64,000 nucleotides of DNA from Candidatus Nanohalarchaeota archaeon (lineage in GTDB: Archaea; Nanohalarchaeota; Nanosalinia; Nanosalinales; JAFCCC01), in contig JAFCCC010000001.1 of NCBI GenBank assembly GCA_017610385.1, forward strand, positions 32,001 to 96,000. The letters are read 5' to 3'. Shown piece after piece: positions 36,535 through 44,972 of this stretch. Under the pieces are notes generated by a model. The model saw only the letters and a program-made list of their open reading frames with translations, did no database searches and had not been told where the DNA came from. Position 1 is the first letter of the stretch, and each line of letters begins with the position of its first letter. The position numbers were made by a program, and so were the translations under genes.

Positions 36535-37121
36535 TTCTTTTTAATACTTCTTTTTTTCCACTTGATCCAAATTATATAGAATAAAACCAATAGAATAGAC
36601 ACAACAAAGGTAGTTAGACCCCAGTAAATCTTTAAAAATTCTACAATTTGCTGACCAAACAACATAATGATAAATGCTTCTGTGAAAAAACGTGCACCGC
36701 GAGAAATAAAGGAAACTAAAATAAATCTTTTCAAATTATGATTAAAGACACCCGAAGTAATAGTAAAAACTTTGTAAGGAATCGGAGAAAATCCAGAAAT
36801 TCCTAATGCCCAGTCACCATATTTTTTATAATACAAGTCAATCTTGTTTGCTCTATCTTTTGAAATGATTTTTCTTAACAACGGTCTGCCACCTTTTTTA
36901 CCTATAAAATAGCCAAATAAAGCTCCAGAAGTAGATCCTAAAGTGCAAACTAAAGCGTAAAGCCACCATAAATTTGGGGCTAATAAGGTTAAAGGAATTA
37001 AAAAGACATCTGGTGGTATCGGAAAAAAAGATGCCTCAATAAACGCTAAAATGAACAATCCAAAAATCCCCATATTTTCTAGAGCAGTTTGGACAGCAAT
37101 AAAAAAAGAAGTGATGGTCAT
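36531..37121 (-). CDS. DedA/YqaA-family membrane protein
   Basis: FIEASFFPIPPD, SPIPYKVF, SRGARF. Confidence 0.92.
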   Translation of the reverse strand: MTITSFFIAVQTALENMGIFGLFILAFIEASFFPIPPDVFLIPLTLLAPNLWWLYALVCTLGSTSGALFGYFIGKKGGRPLLRKIISKDRANKIDLYYKKYGDWALGISGFSPIPYKVFTITSGVFNHNLKRFILVSFISRGARFFTEAFIIMLFGQQIVEFLKIYWGLTTFVVSILLVLFYIIWIKWKKRSIKKN

Positions 37122-37289
37122 TTTTCTAAAGTAGTTTTATATATTTTTAATCCTTTGTTCTTTTTAGAAAGTGGGTATCATTTCAATTTATAAAATAATT
37201 TGTATCATGAAATGCTTTCTGCTTAGTTTCAATTATTTATTCTACAAATTCTATTTTATTAACAGAAGAAAATAATTTTGGTGATTTAT

Positions 37290-38789
37290 ATGAGTGAAGC
37301 CCCACTAAAAGCAATTGAAGTTTTAGAGCATTTAGAGAAATTGGGGGGAATCGCTTTTGTAAAACAAATAGAAGAAAAGGGCCTAGCGCACTCTGCAATT
37401 ATGCGTTCTATTTTATTTTTAGAGGAAAATAACCACATTAAAAAATACGAAAGCAAAAAGGATTTATTTATTTTGACAAAAAGGGGTAAAGAGGCCGTAA
37501 AAGACGGATTACCAGAAAGAAATTTAATTCGGGGCTTTAATGGAAAAAATAAAATGTCTTTCTCAGAACTGAAAATAAAAAATGTTGGTGTGGCCTTGGC
37601 CCAAGCTAAAAAATTAAATTTGATTTCTATTGGTTCTAATAAGACTTTTGAATTAACAAAGAGTGGGAAAAATTTAATCAATAATAAATCTGCAGAGGAG
37701 ATCGCATTAAAAAACATTGAAAATGGGAAAATAAGGAAAGATGTGTTGAAAAACCTTTTAGAAAGGGGGCTTATTGAAAATAAAGTTCAAAAAACAATTA
37801 AAATTTCTATTTTACCTGCTGGAAAAGAATTATTAAAAAAAGGAATAATTAAAACCATAACCTCGTTGGATTCAAAATTAATACGATCCAGAGACTGGAA
37901 AAAAGTGAAATTTAGAGCATATAATGTCAAAGATCCAGTTAAAATACCCATAATCGGAAAGAAACATGTTATTTCAGATGCTATAGAATATGTACGAAAC
38001 ATTTGGTTGGAAATGGGATTTAAAGAAATGACCGGCCCAATGTTAGATACAAACTTCTGGGTTTTCGACGCACTTTATCAACCTCAAGATCACCCTGCAC
38101 GAGATATGCAAGATACACTTTTTATGAAAATTCCAAGCAAAGGGAGACTTCCTTCAAAAGAATTAGTTAATGCTGTAAAAAACGCACATGAAACCGGTGG
38201 CGATACTCAATCTACTGGATGGGGATATAAATGGAATTTAGAATTTGCTAAGAAATGTATTTTAAGAACTCATACCACATCTCTCTCAGCAAGAACTCTT
38301 GCGCAATTAAGAAAAGATGTAAAAGAAAATAATCTTCCTGCAAAATATTTTTCAGTTGGACGAACTTTTAGAAATGAAACTCTAGATTGGAAGCATTTAA
38401 TAGAGTTCCATCAAACAGATGGAATTGTTGTGGGTGAATCTGTAAACTTCAGGCAATTTTTATTCTATCTAAGAAGATACTTCCAAAAATTAGGCTTTCA
38501 GAAAGTAAGATTTAGGCCAGCTTATTTTCCTTATACAGAAATGTCTACAGAGATAGAGGTATTTCATCCCGTCCATAAAAAATGGTTAGAATTGGGTGGC
38601 GCAGGTATGTTTAGACCAGAAGTAGTTAAGCCATTATTAGGAAAAGATATTCCTGTTTTAGCTTGGGGTCCTGGTTTCGAAAGAATTTTGATGGTACAAT
38701 ATGAACTAAATGATATTCGAAAATTGTATAATAATGATTTAAAAGAATCACGAGAAAGGGTTTTGTGGGGTGCAAAATGCCTACGATAA
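37290..38789 (+). CDS. pheS: Phenylalanine-tRNA ligase alpha subunit
   Basis: QDHPARDMQDT, LRTHTT, FRNE, EFHQ, YFPYTE, GAGMFRPE. Confidence 0.97.
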   Translation: MSEAPLKAIEVLEHLEKLGGIAFVKQIEEKGLAHSAIMRSILFLEENNHIKKYESKKDLFILTKRGKEAVKDGLPERNLIRGFNGKNKMSFSELKIKNVGVALAQAKKLNLISIGSNKTFELTKSGKNLINNKSAEEIALKNIENGKIRKDVLKNLLERGLIENKVQKTIKISILPAGKELLKKGIIKTITSLDSKLIRSRDWKKVKFRAYNVKDPVKIPIIGKKHVISDAIEYVRNIWLEMGFKEMTGPMLDTNFWVFDALYQPQDHPARDMQDTLFMKIPSKGRLPSKELVNAVKNAHETGGDTQSTGWGYKWNLEFAKKCILRTHTTSLSARTLAQLRKDVKENNLPAKYFSVGRTFRNETLDWKHLIEFHQTDGIVVGESVNFRQFLFYLRRYFQKLGFQKVRFRPAYFPYTEMSTEIEVFHPVHKKWLELGGAGMFRPEVVKPLLGKDIPVLAWGPGFERILMVQYELNDIRKLYNNDLKESRERVLWGAKCLR

Positions 38790-40450
38790 CAATAACTCTT
38801 GACGATTTAAATCAATTAAGTGGAGCGGACTTTACGTTAAACGAATTAAAAGAGCATCTTCCCATGATAGGTTCTTGTTGGGAAAGTGAAGTCGGAAACG
38901 AGTTTGTTTTGGAATTATTTCCAAATAGACCAGATATGTTATCCTTGGAGGGTTTAGCGCGGGCTTTTTCCTCGTTTATGAATATTAAAACCGGTTTAAG
39001 AAAATATATTGCAAAAGACTCTAAATTCGAGATTAATGTAGATCCAAAAGTAAAAAAAATCAGACCGTATATTGTTTCCTGTGTTGTTAAAAATGTAGAA
39101 TTTAATGACAGATTAATTAGATCTATAATGCAATTACAAGAAAAACTTCATATGACGCATTGCAGAAAAAGAAGAAAATGTGCAATAGGTGTTTATGATT
39201 TGGATCAAATAAAATTTCCTTTAAAATATACAACAAAATCGAAAAATACTAAATTTATTCCTTTAGATGAAAACAAAGAATTTACTTTTGAAAATACGTT
39301 GAAAAAAACCCAGAAGGGGAAAGACTATGCAGGAATTTTAGAAAATTTAAAAGAATATCCTTGTTTAATTGATTCAAAAAATAAAATTCTTTCACTAATT
39401 CCTATTTTAAATTCAAATAACACAAAAATTACTGAAAACACGCAAAATATTCTAATTGAGGCGACAGCGACAGATGAAAAAACCGCACTTCAGGCATTGA
39501 ATATTATTGCAACTTCTTTTGCAGATCATTATTCTGATTTATATAAAGTAAAAATTAATTATGGAAATAAAAAAATCACAACTCCAAATCTAGAAGTTAG
39601 TAAAATTAAAGTCAAATTAGAATATATAAATAAATTATTGGGAATGAATTTTTCTAAAGAAGAAATTAAAATTCTTTTGAATAAAATGGGTTTGGGAATT
39701 TCTAAAAAATCAATAGCAAATGAATTAGAAGTTTTAATTCCGTGTTATAGAACTGATATTATGCATTCGATGGATGTTGTGGAAGATATTGCTATAGCAT
39801 ACAGGTATAATAACTTTGAATCAGAGCCGCCTGAGATTGCCACTATTGGCGAAGAAAACCCCTTAGAAGTATTTACTAGAAATGTTCGTCATTTAATGAT
39901 AGGTCAGGGTTTGCAAGAAGTAGTAACCTTTATTTTGAGCAATAAAGAAAAATTATTTAAGAAATTAAATTCGAATGAAGAAAAACTTGCTGAAATTGAG
40001 AACCCAAAAACCAGAGAATATTGTGTTGTCAGAAATAAATTATTGCCAAGTTTGCTGGAAGTATTGTCAAATAATACTCATAATGAGTATCCACAAAATA
40101 TTTTTGAAATTGGAGATATTATTGAATTAGATTCTAAAGAGGAAACAATGTCTAAGACGGTTAGAAAACTGGCGGTTTGTTTAAGCCACAAAGATACAAA
40201 TTTCTCTGAAATTAAGGGAATTTTAGAATCGCTTTTTTTGAATTTGGGTCTTTCAAAGTATTCTATTAAACAATTAGAAAGAACCCATTATATTCCGGGC
40301 AGGTCCGCTAAACTGGAAATAAATGGAAAAGTAATTGGGGAGTTTGGGGAAATTCATCCACAGGTTCTAAATAATTGGAATATTGAAATGCCAGTTTCTA
40401 GTTTGGAAATTAATTTCTCAGAATTGTTTAAAATTCTAAACAAGGATTAA
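38777..40450 (+). CDS. pheT: Phenylalanine-tRNA ligase beta subunit
   Basis: MPTITI, PNRPDMLS.EG, QEKLH, R.DIMH..DVVEDIAIAY, GEIHP. Confidence 0.97.
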   Translation: MPTITITLDDLNQLSGADFTLNELKEHLPMIGSCWESEVGNEFVLELFPNRPDMLSLEGLARAFSSFMNIKTGLRKYIAKDSKFEINVDPKVKKIRPYIVSCVVKNVEFNDRLIRSIMQLQEKLHMTHCRKRRKCAIGVYDLDQIKFPLKYTTKSKNTKFIPLDENKEFTFENTLKKTQKGKDYAGILENLKEYPCLIDSKNKILSLIPILNSNNTKITENTQNILIEATATDEKTALQALNIIATSFADHYSDLYKVKINYGNKKITTPNLEVSKIKVKLEYINKLLGMNFSKEEIKILLNKMGLGISKKSIANELEVLIPCYRTDIMHSMDVVEDIAIAYRYNNFESEPPEIATIGEENPLEVFTRNVRHLMIGQGLQEVVTFILSNKEKLFKKLNSNEEKLAEIENPKTREYCVVRNKLLPSLLEVLSNNTHNEYPQNIFEIGDIIELDSKEETMSKTVRKLAVCLSHKDTNFSEIKGILESLFLNLGLSKYSIKQLERTHYIPGRSAKLEINGKVIGEFGEIHPQVLNNWNIEMPVSSLEINFSELFKILNKD

Positions 40451-41214
40451 TTCAAGAATCCAAAAATTCGTGTAATCCAATTTCTTTTTTTCGCTTTTGG
40501 AACATAATCCGATCCACTTAAATGTGCTGCTAATTTCTTTAATTCAGTTGCAGCAGAGGAATCTGGTCTATGATGAACAACCGGGCTCTTCATTGCTAGA
40601 CTTTCGGCAACCTTTTTATCTTCTGGAATTGTTGCAATGACTGGGTGTCCAATCATAGCCTCAACTTCTTCTACACTTAATTCGCTTGGAGATTTTCTTA
40701 TTCTATTTAAAACAACACCCAAAACCTTGGTTCCACATTCTTCAGCAATATTTGCTGTTTTTAATGCGTCTGTAACCGCAGGCAAATTTGGATTTGTAAC
40801 AAGAAGTAATTCATCTGAGCTCTCAATTGCTTTAATTGCTTCTCTACCAAGTCCAGCAGCACTATCAATTAAAACAACGTCTGGTTCTCCAACTAAATCT
40901 AATAAAACACCGCCTAGTTTATTCGGAGAGGTACTTTTCAAATCTTCTATAGAAAGTCCTGCAGGAATAACTTTTAAGCCAGAATTATGCAGATATGTGG
41001 CCTCACTAATATGTGCTTCTCCTCTTAAAACATCATGAAGAGTTTTAGGATATAATGGAACACCTAAATGAAATCCTAAATTAGGATTAGTTAAATTCGC
41101 ATCAACCACAACAGTATCTTTACCAAATTGAGTTAGTGCAGCCCCCAAATTTGCGGTGACTGTTGTTTTACCTACTCCTCCTTTCCCAGAACTTACACAT
41201 ATTAATCTTGTCAT
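40447..41214 (-). CDS. minD: Cell division ATPase MinD (archaeal)
   Basis: SGKGGVGKTT, DANLTNPNLG, IDSAAGLG. Confidence 0.92.
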   Translation of the reverse strand: MTRLICVSSGKGGVGKTTVTANLGAALTQFGKDTVVVDANLTNPNLGFHLGVPLYPKTLHDVLRGEAHISEATYLHNSGLKVIPAGLSIEDLKSTSPNKLGGVLLDLVGEPDVVLIDSAAGLGREAIKAIESSDELLLVTNPNLPAVTDALKTANIAEECGTKVLGVVLNRIRKSPSELSVEEVEAMIGHPVIATIPEDKKVAESLAMKSPVVHHRPDSSAATELKKLAAHLSGSDYVPKAKKRNWITRIFGFLN

Positions 41215-41281
41215 TTTTATACGTTACAATTTGGGCAGTGCAAATATTAAAAGGTTAGCTCCAAAATTGTCAGATTAAAGA

Positions 41282-41353
41282 AAGTAATTTGGTGGGATTA
41301 TTTGCATAGAATATCAGCTAGTTGTGATGAATGGGCTTTTTACTGAATTACTT
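41282..41353 (+). ncRNA. Possible box C/D-like sRNA
   Basis: GTGATGA (41324-30), 12-nt guide, CTGA (41343-46), terminal stem AAGTAAT/ATTACTT; 5' boxes degenerate. Confidence 0.3.
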
Positions 41354-41465
41354 ATCCCAAAATTGAACATACGGCCACCCAAATCACAATTAAAATTGAA
41401 TCTTCTTAAAATAAAACATCAAAACTATCAATAAAGATAGTTTTAAATACTAATTATAAGAAAGT

Positions 41466-42158
41466 ATGGTTATGAATGCCATTACACTTCTGAAATTGTT
41501 GGAAGATAAATCAGTTTTCAGAATGGAAGATATACAAAGAATTAAGAAATGTAGCCAAGGGTATGCTTGGCAAGTTCTTGCTAGACTTCGTAAAAAAGGT
41601 ATTATCAAAAAAGTAAGTGAAAATAGTTACACCACAAAAAGCGACATAAACGTAGTAGCCACTAATTTGTTATATCCTTCTTATATCTCATTTTTGTATG
41701 CTTCATATTATTATGGATATACAGAACAAATAGTGAGGATTGTACAACTTGCTACCACTACAAGGAAAAAAGAAATAGACTTTGAAAAATATACAATCAA
41801 ATTTATTCCTATAAAGCATTTTTTTGGCTACAAGAAAATAAGAATATCAGAAGGTGAAATCTTCATAGCAGAAAATGAAAAGTTGTGTATAGATGCCCTA
41901 TTGAGACCAAAAGAGTGTGGAAATTTCAATGAAATCGAAAAAATGTTTGAAAATGCCAAAATTTCAAAAAAGAAGATAATAGAATACTTAAAAAGAACTA
42001 AAATGCAATCATTGATAAAACGAGCAGGTTTTCTTCTAGAAAAACACCAAAACATAGATGTTAGAAGACATTTTGAGCTTGATAAAAATTATACAATCCT
42101 TAATCCCTTTCAAGATAAATGCACAGTGTTAAACAGTAAGTGGCGAGTAAAAACATGA
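41466..42158 (+). CDS. Type IV toxin-antitoxin AbiEi-family antitoxin
   Basis: N-terminal wHTH, PSYISFLYA..YYG.TEQ, FFGY, EKLCIDAL. Confidence 0.85.
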   Translation: MVMNAITLLKLLEDKSVFRMEDIQRIKKCSQGYAWQVLARLRKKGIIKKVSENSYTTKSDINVVATNLLYPSYISFLYASYYYGYTEQIVRIVQLATTTRKKEIDFEKYTIKFIPIKHFFGYKKIRISEGEIFIAENEKLCIDALLRPKECGNFNEIEKMFENAKISKKKIIEYLKRTKMQSLIKRAGFLLEKHQNIDVRRHFELDKNYTILNPFQDKCTVLNSKWRVKT

Positions 42159-42907
42159 TAACAAAAAAAGAGCTAAGGGATTACGCAAAAATAACCGGAC
42201 TTAACTTAGGGGAAGCAGAAAAGGATTACTTTCAGAACATCTTGCTTTTTATTATTTATCAGTTTCATGACGTGGGAATAATTTTCAAGGGAGGTACAGC
42301 ACTAAAAAAGTGTTATGGTCTTAATAGATTCTCAGAAGATTTGGATTTTACATGTATTAAAAAATTCAATATTCAGTCACTCAAAAAGGGTATGAACAGA
42401 TTTAGAATAGACTTTGAAATAAAAATGAAAAGTTATGAGAGAAGTCAAAAAATAATGCTAAAAATTAAAGGTCCGTTATACATGGGAAATCCTCAAAGCG
42501 TTTGTGGCATTGCCCTTGATTTGAGCTTCAGGGAAAAGATTATTCTTCCTCCAAAGCTAAAAACTATTGGAAGGTTCTTAGAAGAATTGCCTGCCTTTGA
42601 TGTTATTGTAATGCAGGAAAAAGAAATATTGGCAGAAAAGATAAGAGCTATGCTCTCGAGAAATGCTGCAAGGGACTTATATGATATTTGGTTTCTTCTT
42701 AATAAGGATGTAGAACTTGAACCGAAACTACTCAATGAAAAATTTAAATATTACAATCGGGTCTGGAACCTGAAGGATTTTGAATCACAAATAAATAATT
42801 TAAAACATATTTGGAAGTCAGAATTATCTCTTCTGATAAAAAACGTTCCAGATTTTAACGTAGTAAAGAATTTGGTTATGTGTCATGCTCAAAAGTGGAA
42901 AAGGTAA
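42155..42907 (+). CDS. Type IV toxin-antitoxin AbiEii-family nucleotidyltransferase toxin
   Basis: EKDY, FKGGTALKK.YGLNRFSEDLDF, EILAEKIRA, RDLYD. Confidence 0.92.
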   Translation: MITKKELRDYAKITGLNLGEAEKDYFQNILLFIIYQFHDVGIIFKGGTALKKCYGLNRFSEDLDFTCIKKFNIQSLKKGMNRFRIDFEIKMKSYERSQKIMLKIKGPLYMGNPQSVCGIALDLSFREKIILPPKLKTIGRFLEELPAFDVIVMQEKEILAEKIRAMLSRNAARDLYDIWFLLNKDVELEPKLLNEKFKYYNRVWNLKDFESQINNLKHIWKSELSLLIKNVPDFNVVKNLVMCHAQKWKR

Positions 42908-43001
42908 TGCCTAAACAAATAGTCAAAGGTTGTTCTTGCGTATTATCTCTGTAGTACTTCAACTAATTCAAATAGTGGGTCTTCTTCCTCTTTAGTAATG
43001 T

Positions 43002-43865
43002 TCATAAATCAAATTCTGGTGCCTCGCTCCGCTCAGCAACTCTACTGGCAGGGAAAGAACCGAAATAAGGGCTCCTGTAACTCGGCTCAAAGTAGAGGTC
43101 TATACACAAAGGACCGTCGTCCCCGAAAGACCAGGAAAAGATGGCTCTTGTTCCTGAATCTACTCTGTAATTTCGAGATAATTCATATTTTGCCTGTTCT
43201 TCACTTATTCCTAAGCCCTCTGCGATTAGTTTTCTTGCAGTTTCAGAATCTTCCTCTGATTTTAAAAGTGTTCCTGTAACAGAGTGGAACATTCTTCCAT
43301 TTAGAGGAACAATAACGCTTCCATTTCCTCTTGGCAATGGAACTAAAACGCCTCTTGAATGTTCTTCTTCAATAGATGGCTTTACTTTCCAATCTCCTTC
43401 GGTTTGCTCAAATCCTTGAATGTATTGGAAATATCTTGCTAAAACATAATCTTGTTCTAAAAGTGGCTGGAATCTTTTGAAAATTTGTGGGTGTCTTTTC
43501 GTAAGTTCTTCTGTATCAAAAATAACTGCTCCGTCTCTGTGCCATGTTCCTTGGTATGATTGCCAGGGTTTGTACTATTCATTTCTTCTTGCTCTGCTCT
43601 GGCAGTCTGCATAAACTAACTTCATGGCTTCTTGAACTTCTTCTGGAAGTTTTCCTGCATTTCCTACTCCGTATGCTAAATCAAAACCGCCTCTATAAAG
43701 AACTTCTTTAAATAATAGAATATCTGATCTTGGTGCTAAAACTTGTGCTTGTTCTCCTGAACCAATATCTGCATACAAACCTCTGCCTAATTCTCTTGCT
43801 TCTATTTGAGAACCCAAATATTCAAAATCTGGTGCTTTTATGGTTTCGGTTGTCATTTTTATCAT
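43002..43865 (-). pseudogene. DGR target-like gene B, one reading frame interrupted by an in-frame TAG at 43575-43577
   Basis: ORF 43575-43865 continues in frame past TAG (YKPWQSYQGTWHRDG...LARYFQYIQGFEQ...) into ORF 43002-43337; paralogous to 43872-44777. Confidence 0.75.
43017..43145 (-). repeat. Putative DGR variable region, copy B
   Basis: 129-nt ungapped match to 43980-44108, 27 mismatches by hand alignment. Confidence 0.75.
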
Positions 43866-43871
43866 AAACCT

Positions 43872-44777
43872 CTATTTTGCTCTACGCTCAAGGAACTCTT
43901 GAAATCTGTCCAACATCTCGCGATCTGCTTCCAGAGCTTCCAGTTCTTCTCTTCTTCTTAAAACGTAGTCTGGATTTGCTGGTGCCTCACTCCGATCAGC
44001 AACTCTACTAGCAGGGAAAGAACCGATATCGAAGTTCCTGTCCCTAGGCTCATTGCTGAGGCTTATACTCAAAGGGCCGTCGTGCACATAAGACCAGGAA
44101 CCGACGGCTTTAACTCTTTCTGTTCCTCTGAAAAATTTTGAAAGTTCTTTTTCTGCTTCTTCATCTGTTAAATTTCCGGCTTGTTTCCATATTCCAATTG
44201 CATTGTCTTTATCTGTTGTATATGTTGGCGTTCCAAATCTTGGGTCAAAAACAAATCCGTTTTGAGGGTTTGGCGCAATAAATTTGCCTCCTCCTTGTGG
44301 AAGCAAAACTAAACCTGTAACAGTATTCTCATCTGTCGTTGGTCTCCATACACCCTCCTTTACTTCTTCAAAACCTAAAATGTCTTGGTAATATCTTGCC
44401 CACTGGTAGGTTTCTGGAGCAGGCATAACGCCCAAAGGCAGTTGGTCATTTGGCAAAAATTCGACAGCATCTTTATGCCACCCTCCTCGTACTTTTCTCT
44501 CTTGAGCATCATTGTAAACTAAAAGACCTAATTCTTTTACCTCTGTTGGAAGTACTTTTAATTCAAAAGAAGGTTCTCTTTCTCTTGTTTGATATAATGT
44601 TAAATCTCTTCCGATTTGATATAAACAAACTCTCCAAGATAGAGGACTTGACAAAGGAGTTAATTCATACACGGATTTGCTTGTTCCTAAATTTTCAATT
44701 AATTTCGTTGGGGTTTCAATTGCTGGAACATGAATTCCACGGTAAATAAATCCTGGAGTTTGAATGGTGTTGGGCAT
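43872..44777 (-). CDS. Putative DGR target protein A
   Basis: C-terminal SWS..DGPL.I.L.NEP.DRN.DIGSFPASR block shared with the paralog; resembles CLec-type DGR variable-region termini. Confidence 0.75.
   Translation of the reverse strand: MPNTIQTPGFIYRGIHVPAIETPTKLIENLGTSKSVYELTPLSSPLSWRVCLYQIGRDLTLYQTREREPSFELKVLPTEVKELGLLVYNDAQERKVRGGWHKDAVEFLPNDQLPLGVMPAPETYQWARYYQDILGFEEVKEGVWRPTTDENTVTGLVLLPQGGGKFIAPNPQNGFVFDPRFGTPTYTTDKDNAIGIWKQAGNLTDEEAEKELSKFFRGTERVKAVGSWSYVHDGPLSISLSNEPRDRNFDIGSFPASRVADRSEAPANPDYVLRRREELEALEADREMLDRFQEFLERRAK
43980..44108 (-). repeat. Putative DGR variable region, copy A
   Basis: Matches copy B; differences concentrated at codon positions 1-2 of NNC/NNT codons. Confidence 0.75.
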
Positions 44778-44972
44778 ATAAAAATACTTTGATCAAAGAG
44801 TTATAAAGTTATTGCATTTTACTACTTGGCGTGAGTTATAATAATTATAATTTATTATATAAAATAGATTATAAATGCAATATCCACTATATATATTACA
44901 GCATACGAGTTAGCGGGTTATTTCAGTAGATATAGAATATATTAAAAGCTTTTGAATCCCTAACTTGTTATT

